Origin: Octopus sinensis
Lineage: Eukaryota
Assembly (NCBI RefSeq): GCF_006345805.1
Contig: NC_043008.1
Coordinates: 56,296,001-56,360,000, forward strand
Length of the DNA: 64,000 nt
Direction: 5' to 3'
Shown here in pieces: positions 12,661 through 24,110 of the stretch. Under the pieces are notes generated by a model that ran no database searches, was not told where the DNA came from, and was given only the letters and a program-made list of their open reading frames with translations. Each line of letters opens with the position of its first letter. Positions within the stretch are counted from its first letter, which is position 1. Both the position numbers and the translations under genes were made by a program.

Positions 12661-13900
12661 ATAGTAAAGAGTGAAAAAAACGACAGAAGGCTTAAATGTT
12701 AAAAATATATATATATATGCGTCAAAATGTGTGAAGAGTATTAGAAAATAAAAAAAAAAATTTTTTTCCCTTACAGTGACATAATTTTTAAAGAAGGACC
12801 GGTTTCGCATTTAGCTTTTCAAATTTCTTGTGACGTTATGGTTTATGTTGAATGGACTTAACGTTGTGTTAATGCTCCGGAGAGTTCTAAATAAGGGAAG
12901 GTTAGTGGGTGATTCTTCCGGTGTAAGGGAGATAATCGCTTAAAATTTTTTTTCCTTTCCCTTAATGTGAATTTCTCTGTATCAGTATGTTCGGATGGTT
13001 GAGTCTGGGCTTGTACTTTTCAATGAAGAATGTTTCTTGTTTAGTCTAATTTGTGTTGATGATCCGAAAGCACATTGGTAAATGGAAAGATAAAAAATTG
13101 TGGTAGTAGTTGCTTTGCGCATCTCAAGATAGAGTTTTCATTATTTTGTTGTGGGGTGTAGTTGGTAATTTTTTCATAATGTAGGTTGTCATCAAGCAAG
13201 GAAATTACAAGATTTCTGTAGTTGATGTATCCATTATTACAACTGCATTTCCCTGTCTGCTTCCTTAATGGTTATATCCTCATCATTTTGAAGTTCTATC
13301 AGTTCTTTCCATTGTGTAGTGTTAAAATTTGAGTTAGCTTTCTGTTTATGTATAGTATGGTAGGGAAAGTTCTCAATGTGGTTACAGAATTCGTCAAGAT
13401 CTTTATTTCTTCCTCTGTGGGATGTGTTCACTTTTGTTCTTGACTAGTGATTCATCTTCAGTATTGAAACTGGTTGATGCTTCTGCTAGTCTTAATTTTC
13501 TGCAAAATTCTGTTATATTATCCTTGATTTCATTTAGGTTGGCTCTGCGTGGAGTTGGTGTAAATTTGAGCCCTTTTGAGAGGATGTCATTTTTATGTTA
13601 GAAAGAGGTTGGTTGTTGAAAGATTGATTATTTTCGGTTTTCCTTATTACTAGGTTCCAGCCTGTGTCCTGGTGTCCCTGGTCCCTGGCTAAAAAATGTT
13701 GGTGTAATTTTGTTTGTATGAGTTGTCTGTGAGGTTGTGTGGTATTTGGTCGGGGGAGTGGTGGTATTATTGCCCCCGATCGTTGTGTGTGTGTGGGAAT
13801 CTACGGTTGTTATTGTTGTGGTGTGTGTTAAAAATTTGTATGGGAAATATTTTTGTTTCGAACTGCTTGTATGTGGGATGGGATATACTAATTGTATGTG
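12661..13900 (-). mobile_element. Penelope-like element, internally deleted copy (ORF N-terminal part joined to the 3' end)
   Basis: Minus-strand fragments such as WKELIELQNDEDITIKEAD (PLE pre-RT region); jumps at TTGAGA microhomology (~13127) into sequence that is the reverse complement of 14650-15118. Confidence 0.8.
12791..12829 (-). ncRNA. hammerhead-like motif, U3:A8 core variant (mirror of 14951-14989)
   Basis: Minus strand AAGAAA-T-TTGAAAA-GC-TAAAT-GC-GAAA-CCGG-TC-CTTCTT; one helix I mismatch relative to the plus-strand copy. Confidence 0.45.
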
Positions 13901-15112
13901 GATATACTAATTAAAAAAATTAACCTTAAAATAGAAACAGACATTTTTTACAAAGCCACGGACGCCAAACAATACCTTCTCTTTAATTCATGCCACCCAA
14001 GACACACTAAAACAAACATCCCCTTCAACCTTGCAAGAAGGATATGCACAATAGAGTCAGAACAAAAATACCAGGAACTTTAGACTGCAAGAACTCAAAA
14101 AACCCTAATTGACAGACATTACCAGCTCAACTCATAGAGGATAGGATCAGACGTGCAACAGAAATCAACATAGAAACTTTAAGAAAAGTTCAACACAACA
14201 ACACACCTTCCCCGAAAATACTACCTTACATATCTACATACAACCCCAGAAACAAAGAAGCCTTCACCATCATCACCCAGAATTTACCAATACTTCATAA
14301 AAACCCCAAATTAAAGGAAATTCTAAACATACACCAAATCATTACAAGCTACAAGGCAAATTGTCTTCTGAAATTACGGATGCAAAAGTAAAAAAATGTG
14401 GTAGATCGAACTGTGCAACATGTCCTAACCTGCTAGAAGGATCAGAATTCCTCTTTAAAGAGGGACAGAAATTCAAGATCAAATCTAACTTTACTTGTGC
14501 CTCTGAAAACATAATTTATGTCATAAAATGCTCGGGCTGCCACCAGGACTACGTGGGTTCCACGGGGCTATCACTCAGACGTAGATGCACACTGCATCGA
14601 CAACAGATTGCATTCCCAGAATATAGAATGATACCTTTTAGTGAGCACATTGAGAAATGCGCAAAGCAACTACTACCACAATTTTTAATCTTTCCATTTT
14701 ACCAATGTGCTTTCGGATCATCAACACAAATTAGACTAAACAAGGAAACATTCTTCATTGAAAAGTACAAGCCCAGACTCAACCATCCGAACATACTGAT
14801 ACAGAGAAATTCACATTAAGGGAAAGGAAAAAAATTTTTAAGCGATTATCTCCCTTACACCGGAAGAAATCACCCACTACCTTCCCTTATTTAGAACTCT
14901 CCGGAGCATTAACACAACGTTAAGTCCATTCAACATAAACATAACGTCACAAGAAATTTGAAAAGCTAAATGCGAAACCGGTCTTTCTTTAAAAATTATG
15001 TCACTGTAAAGGAAAAAAAAAATTTTTTTAATTTTCTAATACTCTTCAGACATTTTGACGCAAATATATAATATATTTTAACATTTAAGCCTTCTGTCGT
15101 TTTTTCACTCTT

Positions 15113-15118
<6 letters not shown>
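13900..15118 (+). mobile_element. Penelope-like element 3' part: RT thumb, Cys linker, GIY-YIG endonuclease, 3' UTR
   Basis: DILIKK...TDIFYKATDAKQYLLFNSCHPRHTKTNIPFNLARRICTI (PLE RT C-terminus); ORF 14361-14819 CGRSNCATC...NIIYVIKCSGC..YVGSTG.SLRRR..LH (GIY-YIG); frameshifted; ends in (TA)n. Confidence 0.92.
14951..14989 (+). ncRNA. minimal type I hammerhead-like motif, U3:A8 core variant, in the PLE 3' UTR
   Basis: Helix I AAGAAA/TTTCTT (one extra U); core TTGAAAA 14958-14964; 2-bp helix II GC/GC; GAAA; palindrome ACCGGT; GUC triplet. Confidence 0.55.
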
Positions 15119-15165
<47 letters not shown>

Positions 15166-16224
15166 TATATATATATATATATATTATATATAATATATAC
15201 ATATATATATATTATGTATGTAAAAAAAATATATATATATACATACATACACGTAATATATATATTATATATATATATATATATATACACACACATTTAC
15301 ATATGTATATATTTGCATGCACACACGTGCACCCACACACTCAACACACAGCCCAAGACATACACATACACACACGTCTGCACATCTAAATGTATTTTCA
15401 TCCGCCCGTCCTTCTGTTTGCCTATCAATCTGAAGTCATTACTTTGCAGTGGAAGTCTAATAACGATAAAACATACTCAGAGTTGTCTCCCGTACTTGTA
15501 TCAATTCTTTTATCTGTTACATATTTCAGTCACTGGATTGCGGCCATACTGAAGCACCACCTTGAAATGTTTAGTCGAACAAATCGAACGCAGTCCGGTA
15601 CTTATTCTATCGGCCGATTTTGTCCTTCCCACCGCTTTGCAACCAAAGCGTAACTTAGCCGTATGCCAAAAGAAACCCTTATAACAAATATTAGACTTGT
15701 TCGACCAAACCCTTCAAGGCGGTATCCCAGAATGGCCGCGGTCCAATGATTAAACGAGTAAAATGTCAACGGTATAAGCTACGAGGAAACATCGTTGCAC
15801 TTCCGCCCTTAGACGGGGAACCAGCGGAGTCGTTAAAATGTTGTATATAATGCATTGCTGTATTTGTTCCGACGTTTTGCGCTCTGAGTTCAAATCCAGC
15901 CGAAGCCAAATTTGTCTTTCATTCTTTTGGGGGCGATAAAAACCATTTCTAACATAGAAACGATTTATTAGAGGAACTGTTAGAATCGGACGAGGTTCCC
16001 CGTGATATTTCTTGAAGTTCTTCGAATTCTGATGCAACACCAGCGACGATATTTTTGTCAAAGTCAGCAGCATTTCCCTTGGATAAACGTCGTTGACATG
16101 GAACGGATAGTCTTACCTTCTAAACGGAATTTTGAGCTATCTTCGTTATCCCCGCAATAACCGTGAAAACCATACAGACATCAAAAAGACCAGAAATACC
16201 AAAACTCACGAACAATTTCATGGA

Positions 16225-16625
16225 TAAGAGGCTTGCTTTGCAACTACATAATTCGGGTTCAGTTCCACTTCGCGTCACATTGAGTAGTGACTGCTACTAC
16301 CACCCTGGGCCGACTAATAGTTTATGAGTGAATTTGGTTTCAGGAAACTGTGGAAGTCCATCACAAACATGCACACATACAAATGTGTGTGTGTGTGTGT
16401 ATGTGTGTGTGTACGTGCGCATATGTCTGCGTTTGTGCACCTCGCCTCCTGCGTGCTGGTTTGTTTATGGTTCCGCAACTTAGCATTTCGGCTAAAGAGG
16501 TCAATAGAACAAGTTGCAGACATAAGAGAATATAGGTACTGGGGGCGATTTGTTCGACTAAAAGCTCTTCAAGGCGGTGCCCCAGCAGTGTCACAGTTCA
16601 ATGACTGAAGTGAAAATGATAAAAA
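16225..16625 (+). mobile_element. diverged SINE family B copy
   Basis: Degenerate head GGGTTCAGTTCCACTT, internal (TG)n, tail GGCGGTGCCCCAGCAGTGTCACAG. Confidence 0.7.
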
Positions 16626-16749
16626 GATTCAATAAAACCACAAGTCTAACATCACTTAAAATGAAGAAATCCTGACCCCGTTTATCAACATTGTTATTAT
16701 ACGAAGCTTATCTTCTAAATGGAAATTGAGCATCCTTCGTTATTCTGGC

Positions 16750-16860
<111 letters not shown>

Positions 16861-16899
16861 TACATACAAGAATATATATATATATATATATATTATATG

Positions 16900-17210
16900 T
16901 AGAAAAATAACAAACTGGGACAAGAACGTAAAACATTTAGAAGACGATACAAAAAACACGGACGGGACATTCGAAGCCTTCAATCTTCAGTAAAGAACCG
17001 GATCATCCTCGCAATTTCGGCTGATTAATCTTGAGATCGCTTCGATCCGGCCAGCCCCAAGGAAAAACTAAGCTACGAGCATTAGATTTCTTGGAAAAAG
17101 GATCGAATGTATACGAAACAAGGACAGAAAAACGGACGATGCCACACGAATATAAATACAGAAAACAATAATAGTAATAACAGGACAAAAACAGCGGGTG
17201 TCTTACGACT
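16900..17210 (-). repeat. unclassified interspersed repeat abutting (TA)n (also 23410-23625 on +, fragment 29776-29811)
   Basis: Shared GAGATTAATCAGCCGAAATTGCG.GGAT.AT.CGGTTCTT.ACTGAAGAT. Confidence 0.7.
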
Positions 17211-17382
17211 AAGATATATATATATTACTTTTCTCGCTGGAATAAGTGTTCGTTTCTCTGAAATTTTATTTTTGGATCTTCTATATATATGAAGAATTTT
17301 CCTCCGTCTGGCTGTTTTTTCTCTCTAGCAAAACGAAGAGCTGCATTATGGAACTGCTATTTCAACGAGATTATTTATTTAT

Positions 17383-17901
17383 TTATTCATCACCCGACGA
17401 GATACGTCCGCACCGCCGGATGCTCCTGTACCAGTTTTTGGTGTCCCACAAAAGGAGTCAGTGCTGGATGTGTCGAAACAATTACTCTTTACTCTTTTAC
17501 TTGTTTCAGTCATTTGACTGCGGCCATGCTGGAGCACCGCCTTTAGTCGATCAAATCAACCCCGGGACTTATTCTTTGTAAGCCCAGTACTTATTCTATC
17601 GGTCTCTTTTGCCGAACCGCCAAGTGACGGGGACGTAAACGCACCAGCATCGGTTGTCAAGCAATGCTAGGGGGACAAACAGAGACACACAACCCCCCCC
17701 ATATATATATATATATATACATATATACGACAGGCTTCTTTCAGTTTCTGTCTACCAAATCCACTCGCAAGGCATTGGTCGGCCTGGGGCTATAGCAGAA
17801 GTCACTTGCCCAAGATGCCACGCAGTGGGACTGAACCTGGAACCATGTGGTTGGTTAGCAAGCTACTTACCACACAGCCACTCCTTTGTTGTGATTAATA
17901 A
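17383..17901 (+). ncRNA. type I hammerhead-like motif interrupted by a SINE B insertion (17383-17483 and 17886-17901)
   Basis: Rejoined: helix I TTATTCATCAC/GTGATTAATAA (10 of 11 pairs); core CCGACGA; 13-bp helix II; GAAA; palindrome ACAATTGT; GUU triplet. Confidence 0.7.
17484..17885 (-). mobile_element. SINE family B
   Basis: Head (5'-clipped by about 6 nt), CORE-like domain, internal microsatellite and (GAGTAAAA)n tail on the minus strand. Confidence 0.92.
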
Positions 17902-17939
17902 TGTATTCTCGTATATTCCATCTTCTGTCTTTTATTTGT

Positions 17940-17992
<53 letters not shown>

Positions 17993-18399
17993 TCAAGAAA
18001 AAAAAACCCCAAAAGCAACAACAACAACAAGCAAATAAATAACTTCAATGGCTAAACCGTAATTTTAATACAAGTGTAACATGCCTTTTGAGGAACCTTT
18101 GTTCCAAAGATTCCTGGATAAATGAATTTTCAGAGCCAAACGTGCTCGTGTCTAAGTCAAGTAAATATTAATTAGAATTTACTTCGATAATTTAATGAAA
18201 TACATGAGATACAGGTAGCTGTACGTAGAGTATAAATGATGCAAGTTTATTAATAATGCATTGTACAAGATATAGTGAAAAGGGGCTGCTCAGAAAAATA
18301 ACTTGGTGACCGTAGGAATTCGAAGTTCATATTCGTAAATTGTTGTGGATTACAAGAGATTCTGGACATTCTGTGTTCAAAGGGATCAACTTTTTAATT

Positions 18400-19165
18400 G
18401 TTTGAGGAAACTGTGGTAACTGTTTAAGTGTTTCTGGGAGTTTTGTTTACTATTCGAATGTCTGAGGGAATTTTGTGCGTTATTTAAGTGTTTGAAGGAG
18501 TTTTGCGTAATATCTAAGTGTTTGACTAAGTTTTGTCTACTCTAAGTGTCTCAGGGAGTTTTGTCTATTATTTAAGTGTTTGAAGGAGTTTTGCGTAATA
18601 TCTAAGTGTTTGACTAAGTTTTGTCTTCTCTAACTGTCTCAGGGAGTTTTGTCTATTATTTAAGTGTTTGAAGGAGTTTTGCGTAATATCTAAGTGTTTG
18701 ACTAAGTTTTGTCCACTCTAAGTGTCTCAGGGAGTTTTGTCTATTATTTAAGTGTTTGAAGGAGTTTTGCGTAATATCTAAGTGTTTGACTAAGTTTTGT
18801 CTACTCTAACTGTCTCAGGGAGTTTTGTCTATTATTTAAGTATTTGAAGGAGTTTTGCGTAATATCTAAGTGTTTGACTAAGTTTTGTCTACTCTAACTG
18901 TCTCAGGGAGTTTTGTCTATTATTTAAGTGTTTGAAGGAGTTTTGCGTAATATCTAAGTGTTTGACTAAGTTTTGTCCACTCTAAGTGTCTCAGGGAGTT
19001 TTGTCTATTATTTAAGTGTTTGAAGGAGTTTTGCGTAATATCTAAGTGTTTGACTAAGTTTTGTCTTCTCTAACTGTCTCAGGGAGTTTTGTCTATTATT
19101 TCAGTGTTTGAAGGAGTTTTGCCAACTATTTAAGCGTATTAAGGCTCTTTGTCTATTATATCCAA
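18400..19165. repeat. 88-bp tandem satellite built from 30+30+28-bp sub-monomers
   Basis: Units start at 18466, 18554, 18642, 18730, 18818, 18906, 18994 and 19082 (partial); diverged ~30-bp monomers on both flanks. Confidence 0.95.
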
Positions 19166-19459
19166 TAGGCTAAAGAAATTTTGTAGATGATTGCTGAGTA
19201 ATTATCTAAATTAATCACATTTACAGCTAATTGTTTCTTTCTTTGGCTTACGCTAAAAATGCTGAAATATCAGATGCTGTGTACAATACAGCTACGGCGC
19301 TAATGTTCGCATATTCATTCAATGGAACAGAATTAATTAATGTGCACGTGGTTAATTATATTTATTGCCTACTTAAATAGAACTGCACGTGTATACCGTG
19401 TATGATTGCACATGTTCCTTATACATATATTATATATATAAATACGTGTATATATATAC

Positions 19460-19491
<32 letters not shown>

Positions 19492-19659
19492 ATATATATA
19501 TTATATATATATATATATACATATATATATAATTCTATGTATGTCATGTATGCATATGTATACGTATATGTATTTGTATTTGTATTTGTGTTGCGTGTGA
19601 ACAGTTATATACGCGATTGTGTGTGTATATACATGTCATTATATTATATTATATTATAT

Positions 19660-19702
<43 letters not shown>

Positions 19703-19734
19703 CATAGATACGTTGATTTGTATGTAGCTTTCCA

Positions 19735-19789
<55 letters not shown>

Positions 19790-20001
19790 TATATATATAT
19801 ATATTTATATATATATACATACATACATATATACATGCATGCATACATGCATGCATACATACATACATACATACATACATACACACATACATACATACAT
19901 ACATACATAAATACATACATACATACAAACGTAGATTTGTATCTAGCTTTCCACCTCTTTTTCTCTCACTCTCTCTCCACACACAAACACAGGTATATAT
20001 A

Positions 20002-21237
20002 CAGGGGTTGGACAAAATAATGGAAACCCCTTAAAATTTCAAACAAATTAATTTTAATAGGAGGTAGGACTGCCTTTGACAGTAATTAAAACTTGAATTC
20101 TACAACGTATTCCAAAGGAATTTTTGCCCATTCTTCAGCTGAAACAGTCTCCAGTTCTTGTAGCGATGATGGTGGGAGGATATATCGACCTCTTACCTGT
20201 TTTTCTGAAATGCACCATAAATGTTCAATAATATTGAGATCTGGAGACTGTGGTGGCCAGGTAAGATGTTCAACTTCACTAGAATGTTCCTCGTGCCACT
20301 CAGTAACAACTTTAGCTGTGTGAATTGGTGCATTATCATCCTGAAGGATTGCGTTTCCTTCCGGAAACATCAATAGGATGAATTTGATCAGATGAAATGC
20401 TCAAATAGTCTTGACTATTAATTCTGCCATGAAGGGAAACCATTGGGCCGGCGGATTTCCAAAACAGACCACCAGAACATCACAGATCCACCTCCATGTT
20501 TAACAGTTGGAAGAAGGCAGTCTGGGTCAAATGCTTCTTTTGGCTATCTCCACACGTATACTTGGCCGGTGGTCGGAAATAAGGTTAAGGTTGACTCGTC
20601 CGAGAAAATAGCATTTCCCACTGCTCTAGGTACCAATTCTGTAGGTTTTTACTCCACACTAAACATTTTGCAACGTTTGTTTTTGAAAGTAGTTTTCTGA
20701 TTGCAGCCTTCACGTGAAATCTGGCTTTATGCAGCTCCCGGCAAACAGTTTTTGTGGAAATTGGGTTCTCGAGGTGGTCATTAGGCTCTGCAGCAATTTA
20801 GGGAGCTGTACTTTCGGGATCCTTTCTAACAATTCGGGTAGGAGTCCTACGGTCTCTATCTGAAAGTTTTTGTGTTCTTCCTGAGTTTCGTTTCAACAAG
20901 GAGGTTTTTCCGTCATTCTTAAAGGCTGTCATTACTTTCGAGACAGTACTTCTTGATACACCAAACATTTCGGCTGTCTTCATTACACTAGCGCCTGCCA
21001 TACGAGCACCAAGAATTTGACCTCTTTGAAAGTCCGATTGATCTTTCATTTTAATGAATTTTAATTACATTTTTCTGATGATATCTGAAAAGAAACAGCA
21101 ATTTTAGCAACAAATATTAAGCCACACTAATAATAGATCAAAAAATCAAAAATAAATAAGCTTTTGACGGTTTTATAGATATTTCAAAATTATGATTCTA
21201 TGATGCTAGGTGTTTCCATTATTTTGTCCAACCCCTG
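20002..21237 (-). mobile_element. Tc1-type transposon with both TIRs and TA TSD, decayed DD36E transposase
   Basis: TA|CAGGGGTTGGACAAAATAATGGAAACCCC ... GGTGTTTCCATTATTTTGTCCAACCCCTG|TA; ORF pieces MKDQSDFQRGQILGARMAG (paired-like HTH), FSDES, QDDNAPIH...SPDLNIIEHLW. Confidence 0.95.
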
Positions 21238-21825
21238 TATATGTATCTGCATACCAATCTATCAATACATTTGTGTAGGTGTGTATACACGTATACATTT
21301 ATATCTATATGTATACTCAGGTTACATACATAATTACGTGTACATTTGCATACTTGGACATGTATCTAAACAGGTACCTTTCTTCATTTACACCCAGGAG
21401 CAAGTAATACACACACATGCAAAAATATACATACCTGGATGTGTGTGTATGTATGTACGTGCATACATGCGTGCATGTATGTGTATATATGTGTGCGTGC
21501 ATATGCGTGTGTATATGCCCACTCAGGTAAACGTCATACATGCCTATTCTTAGTCAATATAAACATTGCAATTTAAAATATCAAACAATGGAATTTTACG
21601 TTCAGGATTTCTAAAAGCTAAATTATTTTCACACCTGTCATTGCAACGGTGTAATTGTAAATTTACCTGTTTAAAACGTACAATGCGTGAATACATTTAT
21701 TGTAGAACAAATAATTCCATGGGAAAATGAGACATTTATAGAGTTAGTTATGATGCATAGTTAACTATTTTACTGATTGTCGTTTTTTATATTTTTATTA
21801 CTGAGTCCTATAAACGCGGGTGGGG

Positions 21826-21876
21826 TAGGAAGGGGTGGTGTAGGAAGGGGTGGTGTAGGAAGAGGTGGGGTTGGAC
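21826..21876 (+). repeat. G-rich 15-bp minisatellite
   Basis: About 3 copies of GGGGTGGTGTAGGAA. Confidence 0.75.
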
Positions 21877-22109
21877 GACGAGAACGGAGTAAAAAAGTGT
21901 ATAAATTTTCAAAGGTTCTAGTTGAACAAATCGACACCAGTCTTTGAGTCATTTAAAGTCTTCTAGTTATTCTATCGGTGCGTTTGGCAGAAACGCTTTG
22001 GTAAAGAGACGTAAGCAAACCAGCTCCAATTGCCATATAATGGTAGGGAAACAAGCACAAACACACACACAAACACACAAATACAAAGACACACATACAC
22101 ACACATATA

Positions 22110-22293
22110 TGACTAGTCGCAGAAAACACCCAACAGTTGAACGGAACCATTTAATTGGTGTAAAATAGTGGATATCCTTAAGACCAATAAATCTGGCTAG
22201 TAGAAATGAAAATTTGACACTCGAAGAAGCACCCACATTGAAATGGAGCTGAGGAAAAATTTTCAGGCGCGATCACACACACACACACACACG

Positions 22294-22329
<36 letters not shown>

Positions 22330-22485
22330 CTAATCGCAAATAACTTCCAACAGTCGAACGGAATCATTTAATTGGTGTAAAATAGTGAATATCTTTAAGA
22401 CCAGTAAATCTGGCTTGTAGAAATAAAAAAATGTGACATTCGAAGAAGCACCTACATTAAAATGGGGCTGAGGAAAAATTTTCAG
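22110..22485. repeat. old tandem duplication, period about 217 bp
   Basis: GACTA.TCGCA...CATTTAATTGGTGTAAAATAGTG...GCTGAGGAAAAATTTTCAG at about 22110 and 22328, each preceded by a microsatellite. Confidence 0.85.
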
Positions 22486-22550
22486 ATTCATAAATATTAA
22501 GAACAATCTTAAGCTATATCTTATGAATATGAAAAAGTGTTATCTAATAT

Positions 22551-22728
22551 AGGCGCAGGAGTGGCTGTGTGGTAAGTAGCTTGCTTTCCAACCACATGGT
22601 TCTGGGTTCAGTCCCACTGCGTGGCATCATGGGCAAGTGTCTTCTATTATAGCCTCGGGCTGACCAAAGCCTTGTGAGTTGATTTGGTAGACAGAAACTG
22701 AAAGAAGCCCGTCGTATATATGTATATG

Positions 22729-22807
<79 letters not shown>

Positions 22808-23052
22808 GTATGTGTGTGTATATGTTTGTGTGTCTGTGTTTGTCCTCCCAACATCACTTGACAATCGATGCTGGTGTGCTTATGTCCCCGTAACTTAGCA
22901 GTTCGGCAAAAGAGACCGATAGAATAAGTACTAAAGTACTAGGCTTACAAAGAATAAGTCCTGGAGTCGATTTGCTCGACTAAAGGCAGTACTCAAGCAT
23001 GGCCGCAGTCAAATGACTGAAACGAGTAAAAGAGTAAAAGAGCAAAAGAGTA
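22551..23052 (+). mobile_element. SINE family B, full length
   Basis: AGGCGCAGGAGTGGCTGTGTGGTAAG head, B-box GGGTTCAGTCCC, CORE-like GGGCAAGTGTCTT, (TA)n(TG)n, (GAGTAAAA)n tail. Confidence 0.95.
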
Positions 23053-23161
23053 ATGAACGTGTGGAGTGCAGAAACATATGTTGTGGCGCATTAGTAAAGC
23101 TTATGAATTTCCATCCACATGTTATTATTGTTATTATCCTACATTTATATTCTGCATATAA

Positions 23162-23368
23162 AGGCGGCGAGATGACAGAATCGTCACCATATTCAGCATA
23201 GAGGCAGTTCGTCCGTCTTTAAGTTCTGAGTTCAAATGCTGCCGGGGTTGAATTTGCCTTTCATCCTTTCGGATCGATAAAATAAGTACCAGTCGAGTAC
23301 TGGGGAACGATGTAATCGATTTGTATTCTCCTACCAAATTTCAGACCTTGTGCCTTCAGTAGAAATGT
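23162..23368 (+). mobile_element. diverged SINE family A, alternative tail
   Basis: AGGCGGCGAGATGACAGAATCG head; tail AAATTTCAGACCTTGTGCC. Confidence 0.75.
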
Positions 23369-23376
23369 CTAGTCTA

Positions 23377-23412
<36 letters not shown>

Positions 23413-23639
23413 TTTCCTTGGGGCTGGCCAGATTGGAGTAAATCTCGAGATTAATCAGCCGAAATTGCGTGGATAATACGGTTCTTGACTGAAGATAAAA
23501 GGCTTCGAATGACCCGTCCTTGTTTTTTTGTATCGGCTATCTGGATGTTTCGTTGTCCCTTTTTGTATCACCTAGTTGTCCGGATGTTTTGCGTTCTTGT
23601 CCTATTTTGTATTTTATTTTATATATATATATATATGTA

Positions 23640-23853
23640 AATAATTAAGAGATAAAACTTATATTAAGTAATTCAATTAATAGTGAGAGATATTATCTAT
23701 AATAAATAAATCTTATAGAAAGATTTTAAATATATTCTAATAAATGTTATACTAAAAATCACTAAATTAAATAAACATTATATGATTTATTATAGATAAT
23801 ATCTTTCACTATTAATCGAATTACTTAATATAGGTTTTTATCTCTCAATTATT
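23640..23853. repeat. inverted repeat, ~68-bp arms, 77-bp spacer
   Basis: 23640-23707 is the reverse complement of 23785-23853 with about 5 differences. Confidence 0.85.
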
Positions 23854-23953
23854 CACATATATTATATATATTGCGAAATTTGATTTAGTATTGCTAAATT
23901 GAATTTTTCCCTGTAAGTTTTGAATTTTATATTCCCCACTATTAATTATAATA

Positions 23954-24021
<68 letters not shown>

Positions 24022-24079
24022 TGTATATATACACACACACACACATATATATATATACATATATATATATTAATATTTC

Positions 24080-24110
<31 letters not shown>

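Noticed and set aside
15955-16190. Possible host exon on the minus strand (AG|GTAAGA donor-like site; frames GFHGYCGDNEDSSKFRLE and SKGNAADFDKNIVAG...)
   Set aside because: In-frame stops upstream, no usable acceptor, no recognisable protein; BLASTX and RNA-seq would be needed.
16975-17010. CTGAAGA...TTCGAAT...GTC on the minus strand (and 23489-23520 on plus) as a hammerhead
   Set aside because: GAAA reads GAAT in both copies, and neither helix I nor helix III pairs consistently.
18466-19110. 88-bp array as CRISPR
   Set aside because: No unique spacers; whole units are near-identical.
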